A stretch of DNA of 64,000 nt from Paraphysomonas bandaiensis (GCA_965644295.1 CBFFRP010000039.1:78915-142914); one strand, 5' to 3'; shown: positions 32,080 through 46,600, counted from the stretch's first letter. Notes: generated from the sequence alone by a model not told the origin. A program made the numbers and translations.

Positions 32080-32594
32080 ATTGAAAGTCTTATTATTAGC
32101 AATAAGCGTTACAAAACTGCACCAACTTAGTAGCTAGATGAATGCTAGACAAACTAAATAGACCTCTACCTGTAACTAATCAGTACACACCTTTTTTATC
32201 CTACTATCTAACGCTACGGAAGCTGCTTGTGCGTGCGTCGCGCCACAAGCACCAAGGTGTGATCACTTCTGCTCTGAGTACTTAAGGTGAACATCCCGGA
32301 TGCTTGACTTCAGCAGGCAGCCCAACACTCCGGTTACCCTTCAGGTGGGCCCTGTCCCGGAGGCCCTTGAGGTGGGCCCATTCCCGGATGCCTGTTTATT
32401 CGTCAGTGACCAAAGACGTCTACACAAGTGACACTTATTGGTGTCCCTTGTACCACACAAGCATTCGGCTATAAGTGGGCAGAAGAATAACTGCTGACTA
32501 TGTTTGCGGCTCACGTTAGTTTCCCAGAGAGAAACTCTCCGGTACTTATCCCCCAGAATACCGCGAAAAGGTGCGAGTCCAACTTTGTTGAGGG
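32080..32594 (-). mobile_element. Ribozyme-headed SINE-like retroposon, copy E (full length, short subfamily)
   Basis: 12-bp perfect TSD atatattggtat at 32068-32079 and 32596-32607. Confidence 0.88.
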
Positions 32595-33396
32595 AATATA
32601 TTGGTATGCAACCCTGATGTTTATTCTAATATTGTGTATCCGACACAGACATTTATTTGTTGGATGATGTAACTCAAACAACTGAACTTTAAATTTACTC
32701 AATCATCAATTAATAAAAATTGTGATCATCATCTCTTCACATTCATGCTGATCCACTAAACTTTTATCCTCACTACTACCCACTACCAATCAATATTATC
32801 AAATCTTAGGCAGATATGCCATATGCCCTCTTATATCTTGAACTTGTACAGTAAATATATTTAGTTTCACTTACATGACTCATATCACATCATGAATTCA
32901 TCTATTACTGTTTACAATTTACAACTACACTATTATTCAAGTAACGATTATAAATCAAAAGCCTTAAATTACAGCTTTCATTGCTTAGAAATAAGAACGG
33001 TACGTATTTTCGCTGTTTTGCTTTTTTACTTTTAACTGTGTCTGTTCATGCGTACAATCAATATTACGCTGTGTGATTCCAATCAAATGGGTAAGTTTTT
33101 AATCATACAATTAACTTAGCTAAGTCCCAATTCGCAATCATTTGAATGGTACGCCGCAGGCTACAACGTTCTGTATTACATACAATCTTCGTCGCTGAAG
33201 TAACCTGTCATCCTGCAATTGCTAGATACTATATTATAACATTCGGTATTCCTATAATTCGAAATCTTACTGAACTTCAAAATACGTTTCATAACCACGG
33301 AGCTAAAAAAAAGGACAAAGTAGTGAAGAGTTGAGGTGTTAGTTAGTAGCAAGATGGAGGAGTATTTTCACAGAAGATAATCGCAAACTATCTAGT

Positions 33397-34286
33397 TTAA
33401 TTCCATCCAGTAGGAGCAGCGGCGGTGGCCTCCCATCCGGCAGTCTCTGGAGCAGGTGCTGCGGAATCCCATCCTCCCTCCACGACAGGAGCAGCCGCCC
33501 CGTCCCAGTTCTGGGCTTGTGCAAATTCAGTGCCTTCTGCGATAGGATTAGCTGCAGGTGCGGCAGTTTCTTCAAAAACAAGGGCCTCTTCAGTCTTCTC
33601 GAGCTCATCCGGGTCGCGGTAGAAGAAGAGGTCTACTGGAACATCCCATGCAGTCTCTCGGTCGATGGTACCACGCAAGCGGAGCACTTCGCGGGCCAGA
33701 AGCCAATACAGCAGGCCAATAGAGAGTTTTCCCTTGTTATTACCAGGAATAGCACAATCAACGTACTCAAGAGGTGAGTCAGAGTCACAAAAAGAAATGA
33801 CAGGGATGTTGACGTAAGAGGCCTCCTTAATAGCCTGGGAGTCAACACGGGGGTCAGTGACAATCAGCAGACGAGGCTCTTTGAACTGTTTTGTGATCTG
33901 GTTAGTGAAAGTGCCTGGTGTAAATCTGCCAGCAATGCACTGCGCACCAGTGTACTGAGAGAACTTGAGAACGGCTCTCTGACCGTAGGGGCGAGCAGAA
34001 ATGCACACAACATCCTGAGGATTCTCAATTGCGGTGATAATTCTGGCGGCAAGGACAAGCTTCTCCCAGGTCTTGCCAAGATTCATAATGTGGAGTCCAT
34101 CAGAGCGTCTCTTCCAGATGTAATCCTTCATCTTAAAGTCCGAGTTAGTGGTTCCAATATGAACCTCAGCAGAAAGCATTTTCTGCACATCCTCTTCTCT
34201 AAAATTACATATAAGCACAAAACTCGTATGAATTACAGCCACATGTTCAATACTTACTTGCACCTCAACACTGCTGGAAGTGACAT
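33397..34286 (-). CDS. RPSA: 40S ribosomal protein SA (uS2)
   Basis: [10 protein letters not shown]|EEDVQKML (intron 34199-34257), [27 protein letters not shown], acidic/Trp-containing tail. Confidence 0.97.
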
Positions 34287-34749
34287 ATTTCTACTCTTAT
34301 ATCTCAACCTCTTCTTTCAACTGATAGATGAGAGGATTAACTTCAGTATTGTTGTTTGGTTTCTTACTTTCGTCCCATCTAATTTGCGCCATGAAAGAGT
34401 AATCAAGATCTTGGAGGGATGAAAACTGAAAAGAGTTCCTTTTTCATACCATGTATGTACACTTCAAAAATTGTGAATATGGGAATAGATAGACAAACCT
34501 TTGTAAACTGAAAATGCCGTCTCAAGATATATGCATGGAAATCTGTTGTTGTGTTGGAAGAAACAAAAGGGGTGTTTTTTTTTGTGTAATGGAGAGAGTT
34601 TGTGGTAATAAGGCACAGAGGGGTGTTGTGTGGAGATATACATACAAAGTATACAACAAGAATAATTCGAGTCGATTAGTTTCAATTATTCTTATGTTTC
34701 AACTTTTGTTTCACATTAGCCACTGTTGAACAACTACAGGATCAACGTC

Positions 34750-36434
34750 ATGGCTACCAAAAGTGCTAATCTTGTTAACCCAAATGCTGAAATTGTGGCC
34801 TCATCGCAGTGCCTACACGTAAACGTCACCGCTGCTCGGGGATTGCAGATGGTGCTGAAAACCAACCTAGGCCCTAGAGGTACTCTCAAGATGCTCGTTG
34901 GAGGGGCAGGACAGATTAAAATAACGAAGGATGGTAACGTTCTTTTGCATGAAATGCAAATCCAACATCCCACTGCAATGATGATCGCAAGAGCAGCAAC
35001 TGCTATGGATGACCAAGTAGGAGGTGTGTTTGTCTGCTGAATCTAAATTCCCGTGTTTAGTTTTGTACTACTGTAGATGGAACCACAAGTGCCGTTTTAT
35101 TTACTGGTGAGCTCTTAAAACAAGCTGAGCGGTATACCTCTGAGGGTCTCCATCCTCGTCTTATCACTGAGGGATATGAGGTCGCCAAGGACATGGTTAC
35201 CGAATTCCTTGATGCATTCAAAGTTCAACAACCCAACATATTCAGTGACAGAGAGCTTATCTCCAATGTTGTTCGCACATCTCTTAGAACTAAGCTCGCA
35301 GTGGAGCTAGCTGACAAGATGTCTGAGGCTATTGTGGATGCGATGATGTGTATATCCAGGGAGGGAGAGGCCATAGATCTGCACATGGTTGAGATTATGC
35401 AAATGCAGCACCGCGCAGGATCTGACTCAGGCTTTGTCAATGGACTCGTGCTGGACCATGGTGCAAGACACCCGGACATGCCGAAATACATGGAAAATTG
35501 TCACATCCTGACTTGCAACGTGTCAATGGAATACGAGAAGACAGAAATATCATCAGGTTTTTACTACTCCAGCGCAGAAGAAAGGGAGAAATTGGTTGCA
35601 AGTGAGCGCAAGTTTACTGACGAAAAGGTGCGACAAGTAATTGAGTTTAAACGCTCCGTTTGCAAGCCAGGGGAGAACTTCGCGGTGATAAATCAGAAGG
35701 GTATTGACCCCGTATCCTTGGACATGCTTGCCAAGGAAGGCATATTCGCTGTGCGTCGTGCGAAGAGAAGGAATATGGAGCGACTCGCCCTGGCCTGCGG
35801 AGGTTCCCCTGTGAACTCTGTGGATGACCTTGAGCCGGATATGCTTGGTTGGGCTGGAAAGATCCATGAGGAAACTCTTGGCGAGGAAAAATTCACTTTT
35901 GTCGAGGATGTGAGGGAGGGCAAATCATGCACAATACTTATCCGTGGACCCAACAAGCATACCATAGACCAAATCAAGGATGCCGTCCGGGACGGTCTAA
36001 GAGCGGTAAAGGGAGCTCTAGAAGACAAGGCGGTAGTTCCAGGGGCGGGGGCCTTCGAGATTGCAGCATCTCGTATGCTTCACCGCAGGAAAAACGCTGT
36101 TGCTGGAAAAGCTAAGCTGGGAGTGCAAGCTTTTGCGGACGCTCTGATGGTTGTGCCGAAGATCCTCGCAGAGAACAGTGGGCTGGATGTACAAGATGCG
36201 ATTATTAAAGTTGAGGAGGAGCAAGAGCGGTCTGGCATGCCCGTTGGACTGAATCTGACAACCGGAGAACCGTTCCTGGCTGGGGCGGAGGGTATCTGGG
36301 ACTCGTACACTGTTAAGAGGCAGCAACTGAGCCTTGCTACCATTCTGGCGACACAGCTGTTACTGGTGGACGAAGTAATGAAGGCGGGTAAGGCTATGGG
36401 TAAAGCTCCTCCAGGGGCCATGGATGAGGAGTAG
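34750..36434 (+). CDS. CCT6: T-complex protein 1 subunit zeta (CCT6)
   Basis: [25 protein letters not shown]|DGTTS spanning an intron at ~35024-35077, [24 protein letters not shown]. Confidence 0.97.
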
Positions 36435-37010
36435 ATGATGGGTAGATCATAGTACAGTCTGCTCCTTAGGTTAGGTGGCGGGCGCAGAACCGGTGAACTT
36501 TAGACTAGTACTGCTGTTGCGTTCTGCGGTAGTGTGGAGAGCATGTTGCTTGTGCGAGTGCTTTTTATAATGATAATCATAGCTAGTCGTGACCTGTGAT
36601 TAGCAAATACTATTACTGCCGTACATTATGTACTGAGGTTAGATGTGTTGACAACAGAGTTGTGGCGTTCTTCAAGAATACTACAATGTTATGATGTGTC
36701 AAAGTACTCATGGTTTTATATCGCATCATGCCACGACGTATCATTACATAGTGTGACAAACCAGGTCACAGGTCCCTGTGATACGCACACGATCGTGTGT
36801 GTCCGTGAAGTGGAATGATACTGAGGAGGTGCTTGGAATCAGCCATCACTGAGGAAGAACATTAATAGACAAATTTCCGTTGATATCATAATGGTCTTAA
36901 GATATACTTGCCTTAGGCCAGATGTACAATTTAATCCTGCAGATCAATCGTTTGTGATACAGACATATATCACTATTCACTATCTGAATGTGCATTACAC
37001 ATATCCGTGT

Positions 37011-37560
37011 CCCTCAACAAAGAGTCGGACTCGCACCTTCTCGTGGTGTTCTGAGGGATAAGTACCGGAGTTATTTCTCCGAGAAACTATCGTGAGCCGC
37101 ATATTATATATAATATATAACCTCACGATACATACCAAGAATATGTAATAGTCAGCAGATATTGTTCTGTTCACTCATTTGCCACATGCATGTGTAGTAC
37201 ATGGGACACTAATATAAGTGTCACTTGTGTAGTAGGTAGTAGACTTCTTTGGGCCTTCACGAATAAACAAGCATCCGAAAATGGGCCCACCTCAAAAGCA
37301 TCCGGGGTTTTGGGCTGCCTGCTGATGTCAAGCATCAGGGATGTTCATCTTCATTAATCAAAAATCCTGAAGTCAGCTGATTGCAGGTATATATCAACAA
37401 TCTGCATGCTCACTGCGTTTGCTTTTTCGAGTGGTAGAGCGATAGTGGTTTCACCTTGGTGCTTGCCGTGACGCACAAGCAGCTTTCGTAGTGTTAAATA
37501 GTAGAATATCAGAGTTAAGTATAACCCTTAAACGCCTAGTGCTAATAATGGACATTCACT
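37011..37560 (+). mobile_element. Ribozyme-headed SINE-like retroposon, copy F (full length, long subfamily)
   Basis: Runs ccctcaacaa to gacattcact and carries the extra ~65-bp internal segment. Confidence 0.85.
37012..37098 (+). ncRNA. Putative HDV-like self-cleaving ribozyme (copy F head)
   Basis: P1 cctcaac/gtt(ct)gagg; P2 ctcgc/gtgag; P3 acc/ggt; L3 ttctcgt; P1.1 UC/GA; P4 cggag/ctccg; J4/2 C at 37087. Confidence 0.6.
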
Positions 37561-39266
37561 ACTATCTGTCTATGTACTTCCTTTGCATCAAAGTTTACCC
37601 TTTTTCTTGGTTTCACCTCTTCTTAACTCACTTAACTTTGCACACTATACATTTATACATTATGTGATCAACACAATTCAACAGTAAATCCTCTGTTGAC
37701 CTGAGGCTATATATATAACTATCCGTTATTACCAGGGCTGTGTATCAATTAATTGATGCAGGTTGTAGTCAATTATAATTACAACTATTACTTGCTCTCT
37801 CAATTTCAATTATTTAGTACTAAAAAATACACTAGCTGCCAATATTATAGCTCTTAAATGTAGAGAAGTCAAGCTCTTGTGCAAACCCGTCATAACAAAC
37901 TTAGCTCTACTGAACAACCTTTCAACTTTATTGGTTATGACATGCAAGTGCTTCATGCTGCGGTATCGACGAGTTTGCTGGTTAAGTCTTGCTCGTTTCC
38001 GCTGTCTGCTTCCATAAATCAAACGTTGCGCTGCGTCATTATTCTGAACTAGACTCTCACTGTCATCATCATCTTCATTTTCATCGAGCAAAAATATTTT
38101 AATTTGATCCTTTTCCGTCCGAGTTGCAGCTTCGTTGCCACATTGAGTCTTCACGACTGCCTTTTCAAAAGCAGCGTTATGAATAATAGCAGCATATATT
38201 GTCGCCAAGATGACGCTCGACAAAAAGCGGGTGCCTTAAGTAAACATTATGGAAACGTGGGAAATTTTGGAGTATTTACAGTATTTAAGTAGAAATAATG
38301 TTTAAAAAACTATTCTATTTGTAGTGTTAGTGTTAGAGACAACAAAAAATATTAATTTTATTTTAATTTTAAGCCTCATAGGATGTTACAGAAGTGCGTT
38401 TTTGCTTACCAGTAACCACGTTATCTGCCTTCATACTACCACACTATCAACCCATTGATCACCATGATGAGCGGACTAAGTGTAATTGCCAGCAGTCATT
38501 GCCCTCTACTCGTAGCTACATTGTTTCTAGCCACTTGTGATTTAAATATACAACTTAAATACGAATTACATCATAATGTAACTTTCCTTTCACTGTATGA
38601 ACAACACACACTAAAAGTCCATGAACATTTATCACTTTCTCACTCACATTGAACTGTAGTTCACCCCATTGTCATCACACAAACAATATATGTGATACAA
38701 AACTGGCTCTCAGTACAACATGAGCCTCTTGCATGCACTCGGCTCAACGAGAGAATATGTAGCACATATAACAATATAGACAACATACCCATCACACAAC
38801 CAATATACGTCATACACTATATCTCTCGGTGCACCCTGCCTGAGCATACTATATTCACTCAGCTACCACAAAATGTATGTACAAACAATGTACAAACGTC
38901 GTGGAAGTCAAGCTCGTGTTCACCTTACTTTGTAATTATTGTAAGGATATTAGTTGAAGCAATTCCAATTCCCCCCGTAATTGCACGAGCTTGGCATGCT
39001 CTTTTTCACTTGGTATTAGACTTCAGACGTCGGAACCAAACTCGCAAGATCGCAAATGATTAGATAGAAGCAAGTAGCGGTCAATCATGGCAAATGTGGA
39101 GCCTTTTTACAATACTATTCTCTATTGCAGCCTCTTCGTTATTATCATATATTTTCTCAAAGAACACTCGTGCAATGACTTCTGGTGTCAGTTAATTAAA
39201 TGAATTATTATGTGAGATAACCCTATGGATATTATAGTCTTTCACAAATCTTCGATTTTTATCCTA

Positions 39267-40017
39267 TTTATTGAAAGTCTTATTATTAGCAATAGGCGTT
39301 ACAAAACTGCACCAACTTAGTAGCTAGATGAATGCTAGACAAACTAATTAGACCTCTACCTGTAACTAATCAGTACACACGTTTTTATCCTACTATTTAA
39401 CGCTACGGAAGCTGCTTGTGCGTGCGTCGCCACAAGCACCAAGGTGCGACCACTTCCGCTCTGAGTACTTAAGTTGAACATCCCGGATGCTTGACTTCAG
39501 CAGGCAGCCAATACCCCGGTTACCCTTCAGGTGGGTCCTGTCCCGGATGTCCTTAAGGTGGGCCCGTTCCAGAATACCTGTTTATTCGTCAGGGCCCAAA
39601 GTATATTGAACTACAACCAACTCCTACGTGCGTACTTGAAGCTTGGTGAAGCCAATCGCTAGTAGTTATCCTGTATTCTATGATGTAGCAATGAAATACA
39701 GAATATACATGACTACAGTATATAGGAGTAGCTTTTACAAGTATACAAAGAAACTGAAAATATTGTAGCTGTTAAAGATATGATTTGTAGAACAGAATGT
39801 TGATGTTGGTGAATGATGTGGTTCCTAACTCACAGTGCCACAACATCATAATTTCACTATATATATCTCCTATAATATCAATCAGTCAATATTGTACTAA
39901 CTATAAGCTTAAGTTAATACAAAGACGTCTACACTCTACACAAGTGACACTTATTGGTGTCCCTTGTTCCACACAAGCATTCGGCTATGAGTGGGCAGAA
40001 GATTATCTGCTGACTAT
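39267..40017 (-). mobile_element. Ribozyme-headed SINE-like retroposon, copy G (5'-truncated, interrupted)
   Basis: 13-bp TSD gatttttatccta (39254-39266) / gatttttattcta (40018-40030); lacks the ribozyme head. Confidence 0.82.
39602..39919. mobile_element. 318-bp insertion, solo-LTR-like
   Basis: Splits copy G at cccaaagacg with a 5-bp duplication caaag (39597-39601 / 39920-39924). Short imperfect inverted ends tattgaact / agttaata. Confidence 0.55.
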
Positions 40018-40681
40018 GATTTTTATTCTAAAAATAGGACTTTTTTAAGCAACTTTTTAGTATAAAAAGGTGATATTTTTTCATCAATTAACAATTAATT
40101 GAAGCAAGCTGGAATCAATTATAATTGCATTATGATTTGCCCCAATTTCAATTATTGCAATTTCAATAACTGACAATTAATTGATAATTGATACGCCGCC
40201 CTGGTTATTACATCATCTCAAAAGTATCGATTAGAGCAGTGTTGTTTATTTGCACAACCGTTCTCATGTAATAATCAGACTTTCTTATAGGCACCGACAG
40301 CATGAGAGATAAAATAACTAAAAGATATTCAGCAGTTCGGCCTAATACTTCTCATATATTTATAATTCAAAGTCTAATCTAACAGCGATGATCGCCTCCA
40401 ATCTAATAAAAGAATATTATATAGTAAACATGAGAAACAGAAGATGACAAATACATCACATAAAGTTCTATAAGAATGTGCCCTTGTTTCATAAAATTGT
40501 AACAAAAATTATTTATTTAATGTTTCACCACGCATCTAATCCATAATATCTAGCGAGAAAAGATTTCTCCGCGACAAAACTCGAGAGAAAACGCAGCTCA
40601 GATTCTACTATTCTCCTGTCGCCTAATATGCACTATATGCACCACACGTAGAGTACGAATTTTGTACAAGCGAAAAAACAC

Positions 40682-43600
40682 CTAACCTTCAGAACTTTTG
40701 CCGAAAAGATTTCCAACCACGCCTTTAAATATCTTGTTTCGATTCAGCTATATTATACCAAATATAAGTTAGAAGCGAGAAACGTTTACAAACATTGTCG
40801 TATACCTTGGCTATTGTCTCATCAGCGAAGGATCGCGCATTTGTTGCAAGATTACCAGCGGCATCAGATGCTACCACGCCAAGGTGGTGAGCCTGTTGAA
40901 GTGTGCCTTTAACAGCTTGTATTGGAGCATTAACGATTTGTGAAAGGGTGCTCTGTATTCGACCGCGGTCCCATTTAATAAAGTCTGGGAGTGCCCGTAC
41001 ATACATAGCCCCGGAAGAGGTGGAGACAGAGACGAGTGCTGGGCACTTCGGTTTAGGGCCTACACTAACACATAGAACAGCAGCCTGTTCAGGTTCAGGT
41101 GCCAGTACACTGCCCCTTCCACCTCCTACCAATACACAGGTGAGACACCGATCGTGAGGTCGGAACTCATATAACAAGTCTAATGTTTGAGCGCAGAGAA
41201 AAAGAACTCGTCCATCTCGGTGTCCCGATATCACAACACTTCCGCGACCGGGGCATGAGAGGAATGTAACTGGAGACGGAGTCTGTAATACAGCTAGGCG
41301 CACACCATGCAGACTATATGATGCCAGGAAGTGACGCATACTAGTGGGCGCTGTAGATAGACCCATCACTTGCACGTCCTCTTCTCGCCCAGTGGCTTCG
41401 ATATGGACGATTATCACACCATCATCAGACAAATGAATGCGGCGAATTTTTACATCCTCCTGCTGATGCCACAATCTGTAGGACCGTCCGACCGCTCCAA
41501 TTTCCTGAGAGCTTTTGAAGTCTCGGTAGATATCCAGAATGTGCAATCTCTCATTCCGCTCAATAGAATATACATGTATCCTGCCCATAGAGGCTGCAAC
41601 CACAATACCCATTTGCCATGATAGGTCGCAGCAGGATTCTTCACATGCAGTACAAATAAACACACGCTGTGGTCGGCGAGATATTATGATACGTTTCACT
41701 GGCTGACCTTGTTTGTTCTTGGCAACACGCGAAACAGTCCATACAAGCACCCTTCCCGCTTCTTCACAACTTGCAAAAACATCTGTTGCGCTTCCCGGAA
41801 TTTCATCACCAGACACACAAGTCACAGGACTACGATGCGCTCTAAAATCTCCTGCCGAAAGAATTTGTGTTTGCTTTGATGCAACCTCACGCACTGCAAT
41901 TCCCCCGTCCACCCGTCCATACGAGAGTATCAAACGACTATGATGCGTACAGAAGATACGGAGCCCTTCGGTATGGGGTAGCAATGACTGTGAACAACTG
42001 GTTGATGCGCGCCGCGATGGAGTGACAATGTTGCTGCTTGGATCTGAACCAGTTAGTTGACGTCGGGGGTGCGCAAGTGGCACACGAGGAAGTACCTCAA
42101 AGTGGGAGGTCTCCCGATCAACGACCAAAAGTACATCTCGCGTTATATTTACACCGCCGTGTGGATGAGAGGGCGGAGTGAGTGGCATAATATCTTGAGA
42201 ACTACCATCTGCAGGTCGTACCTGCAGATTATTTTGCGCAGTGGGCGTATGGGTACCCTCCAGCTCTAGCACCAGTGACTGGAGAGGAAGCTTCTTATTA
42301 GCTGGCACACCCTTTCCAGAACTAGAGATACGCGACATTCCGTCATCAAAATTTATGATGTCCTTGTCGTCCGTGACTCTTGACCCTTCAGGATGGATAC
42401 TTCGCCCTTCACCTGTACGAGCCCAATCGTCCCCCCTACCACGGCTTCTCTTGACAGAACCCCCGGTTGGTCCACTGGTTGCTGAGCTCTCTACCCTGTT
42501 ACCATTTGCCACTATCAACCTCGCAACATCAGACAGACCGTAACGATAGGATTCAACAACGCCGTTCTCCAATACACAGAGGATATTCGTAGCACGAATA
42601 GTCATACTGACAACCCTGGCAGAAGATATACGGTTTACAAGAGTACAGCTGGCCTCCATTGATAGCTTTTCTTCGGCAGTTGTCGGAGCACAGAACCCTT
42701 TCGTCCTCAGGTCGAAACATCGGCGCAGCGGACGCGGTACCGATAGCATCGCTCTGGCAGGATGGGGCGTCCGAAATAACTCCATTGGGCATTGTCCAAA
42801 GTGGGCTATCTGTATATCTATCGCCTTTCGAGTAGCCTCATCCTTTATGAGCTCCCGGTTGACGGCGCCATAGTAAGTGAGATAGTAAAACACATTGTTT
42901 GCCTCCACCGCTTGTGGTCCACGTTGTTTGCACCCGAAAATCAAGTCTATCCACTCGTGCAGATGGGCGGAGACATAATCACTCTCCAATGCTTCACGAT
43001 TAATTCGGACAAATTCTTCAGCGCTTGAGGCCCAAGGCGGCAGCTCCACATCACCGACAGTCTCCCCACTCTGCATCTTACCGAACTCGTAGTCATTTAC
43101 GTTCTTCAGAAACTCCGGTAGCGTGAACCATTCCGGCGTGAGTTCTTTCACTTCAGATAGCATAGTAGTGTTGTGCTCCCAGGTCCGAGGAATAGAGGAA
43201 AACAGACGATCTGGCACATCGAAATGGCCATTTTGAACTTCCATATGCAGAGATGCAAACGGCTGAAGCCGAATGAGGAAGTGCAGGACGACACCAACCA
43301 TGGTGCTATAGTGTGAGCCATACATGAAAGGAGGGATATCACCATCACGAAAAGAGTTGAATCGTTCAATAAAACTTTCCAGGCGCTCCTCATTGAGCGC
43401 TCCAATTGGCTTTGACAGATCTCTGTATGTACCAGGGTCAGACAAATCGATGGTGTCCTTCGTGTATTGAGCTATTACCCATGGGAATACTGGGTACTGA
43501 CAAAGGTCATTAAAAGACCTTCCTGCGAGAGTGTTCAGAGCCATAAGATAATCGAAGTTCGACATCTCTCCGTTGACCCACTGCTGCTGAATACCATGTT

Positions 43601-46600
43601 CAGAAACCAAGCGGTACATCGACATGCCCGGCCATTGCTTGAACGCATTACGTGGTGCGATATTCATCAGTTCCTTAGTGAAAGCAACCCGCCTTTTAAC
43701 GTCCTCAGGGGATGAACCGAAGTCCACAAAGAAGTTCCTGTGTTTACCACGACTGAAAAATACTTCAATTGCACTGTCTCGCAAACGGTATCTGCGTAGG
43801 TATATCGCACTGACAGCAGAGGTCAACCACTTCCTCCGCCGAGCTCGTCTATTGGACAGCACTGTAACCGCGGCTGAGTCAGCTGTTAACAACAGCTACA
43901 GCGTTACTCAACTATATATATCAATTTACAAACTTACTCAGATGACTTCCTTCGTGCTCGTTCGTGGTGAAAAAAAATATTTCCTTTGATGTGAAGGAGA
44001 GTATTCCCACGTAGTTTCCGCTAGGAGATATCAAAACAACGTCCGCCTCCTGAATAGTGGCATCTGTGTTCATCCGTCTTGTCCCACTATGAGCAGGGCC
44101 CGTCTTAACATCACGTCCCTGTCGAATTCCTTCGGCCATGTCACGCATGTCTCCACCGGCATCTCCTAAAATTCGCTCCCCTTCCCCAGGACTAACCTCT
44201 TCCTCTTCCTGTGCAACTCCCACCACCCCGTACCCCTCTTCACTCCCATCTGCATCAATCACACCCCATCCACTACCTGGGTTGACCCCCGCCCCCTTAC
44301 CCTTCCCTTCTTCTTTAGTATCTTCTTCTTGACTAGTGACATCAACGATGGCGCCAGGAGAGGACATCAGAAGCATCTGCTGTAGCTCCTCGGCACTCAT
44401 GGAGTTGCGATTCGTCTCCTGCTGATCACTTTTCAGGCCACCTGCATAAGAGTACTGCGCACCTTTATGACCTTCGCCGAAGCGTGGTCTTAAGACTATA
44501 CGTCTGCGTGAGGGAAAATAACCCTCGTGAGCTACGCCGAGCTTCCATTCACAACTTAGTTCATCCAAGAATACCTCAGTCTCTACCTTCCGTCGACAAT
44601 TTCTCCAGAACCTTTGCGTAGCATCCACGGAAAACATTGCCGTCTCATCCGCACGCACGGACCGAACTTTTTCAGAATCCAGTCTATCCTGCATAATGCC
44701 ACGACGAATCTTTATCCAGTTGTGGAAGTATGTGTCTCGCAATCTTTCCTCTTCCTCTATCGCAGTAAACCCTATTTCAGACACAGTTTGAGATATGCGC
44801 GCTGGTCCTGTCGGCACATCCTCGTCGCGTGCTTCGGGCAACACTCTGTTAGACACGGGATCTAGATGAGGAAAGAGAATACCATCCTCGTCTGAATGCA
44901 TGGGTGGGGAAAATTCATCCGCAGCTGGAGTAGGAGTCAGCAAATCTGTGACACCATCTGTTTGCTGCCCCAGCGGATGGGTCGATACCGAATTATGGTC
45001 GGTAGAAGAGACAACAGCTTCAGGGGCAGCATTGAAGACTGCAACGAGATCACCCTCATCAGCGAATGATATTGTGTCAGTGTTATGCTCGTCCGGCTTG
45101 AGGTACATATGAAGCAGCATGAATATACTATCCACGTCTCCACAGCCCTCAGCGACACCAAGAGTGTCCACTATTTGCATGACATGGGCTGGGAGAGAAA
45201 GGTTCGCTCCAATGCCTGTGAAGCGCAGTTGAACAAAATATTGTACGATAGTAACGACCGCAGACTTGTAGCGGTCTCTGGTGGCTTCACATATGGAATT
45301 GTCCTTGATGGCGCTCTGTAGTTGGCTCAATATTCCAAGCACGACATCTCTGAAAACATCTTCCTGCACAAAAGACCTGGATATACTCAATCATATACGA
45401 TGTACCGTAAGATGCAACGTGTACATACCACTTCTCAGCTATATACGACAAAGTCAGTAACAGTTCGGTGCACATCCTGTCGGCTGTCTCCTCTGATATG
45501 CAATGCAGGCATCCCATGAAAATTCGTAGCACGGTCAGCACAACTTTGACCTCGTTTCTTCCCAAATCAGATTTCTCTCCAGACCTTCTTAAGCTGGCAA
45601 TCATTTCCATTACATACATAAACATTTGCCTCTCCTCACTAGTTTGCACTCGGGAACAGTCTAGACCCAGCAAGTCGGCCGTATCTAAATCTCTTCGCAA
45701 ACTCTCATTTTTCATAACCGGGTCGTTGCCGCAATACTGTCGCTCCTCGATTAGAGCCAGAAAGTGCCCAGTACAAGACATCATTTCTGAATTCCACCCG
45801 GTTTGTGTGCTTCGGCATAGCTTCTGCAAGCACAGAGAACAAATTCTAAATAGCAGCTTGTCCCTATATAGTTCTAGGGAAGGTATGTGAAGACAGGACC
45901 GGAGCATCTTAAAAGACTCCCACGCAATAGGACCGAAGTAACGCAACTTGTACAGTAGGAGCTGACTAAGTGCATCCAATGCAAGTTCCATACATGTGCT
46001 GGCAGCATCACACTCATCACTCGATACTGCCACCTCTCCGAAAGGGCTTACCGACGTCCAATCGCTACACCTTTCTTCATTCTTGAAGGAAGTGTCGATT
46101 CCATCCTGAGAGTAAACCAGTCTCACGTCATCGGTGTCAACACTGCGTATTTCTGTTCTTCTGACCTCTCCGATTACTGCCAGATTGAGAAAATGTCTAA
46201 TCCAGGATATATCCGGTAACAGGCTTAGAAGACATAAGTGGGAGTCATTAGTCTTCAAAAGCACGCTGATAGACATGAGCACTCGCTGGCACCATTGAAG
46301 GGGGGCTCTAGGAAGAAGAGTCGCAACAAGAGGAAGGGTCAACACAGTGTCAATCGTACCAAGAGGACCATCGTACAGGAATACATCGAGCACGTCTGCA
46401 GCAGGTGTGAGCGCAATAACATCATCCTGGTTGCTAGAAGAATATACCCATCCCTCATTCCCCAAGCTCTCCTCAAGCACGGTCACTAACATATTAACTG
46501 TTAGCCAGAGTCGTTCAACCGGTTTAAGAAGAGTTTTGAGACGCGCAACAGTCTCTCTTCTTTCTCTGTACTTCCTTGAGCCTTCCAGTGCCACATCACC

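Larger units (their letters stand above)
37733..40203 (-). mobile_element. hAT DNA transposon, degenerate, carrying nested insertions
   Basis: Termini CAGGG.../...CCCTG with a perfect 8-bp TSD GTTATTAC (37725-37732, 40204-40211). Transposase fragments at 37810-38223 (VERLFSRAK) and 38900-39105. Confidence 0.9.

Noticed and set aside
32410-32594. Repeat family as a TnpB/Fanzor (IS607-like) relic with omegaRNA, or as a HEARO/IscB RNA. One frame reads KDVYTSDTYWCPLYHTSI and the end is GAGGG.
   Set aside because: No RDxNA motif. The 12-13 bp TSDs and polar truncation fit retroposition, not IS200/605/607 transposition, and the opposite strand gives a better HDV fold.
34300-34445. Possible 5' TOP tract, UTR intron and uORF upstream of RPSA
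   Set aside because: Plausible but cannot be supported without a mapped TSS
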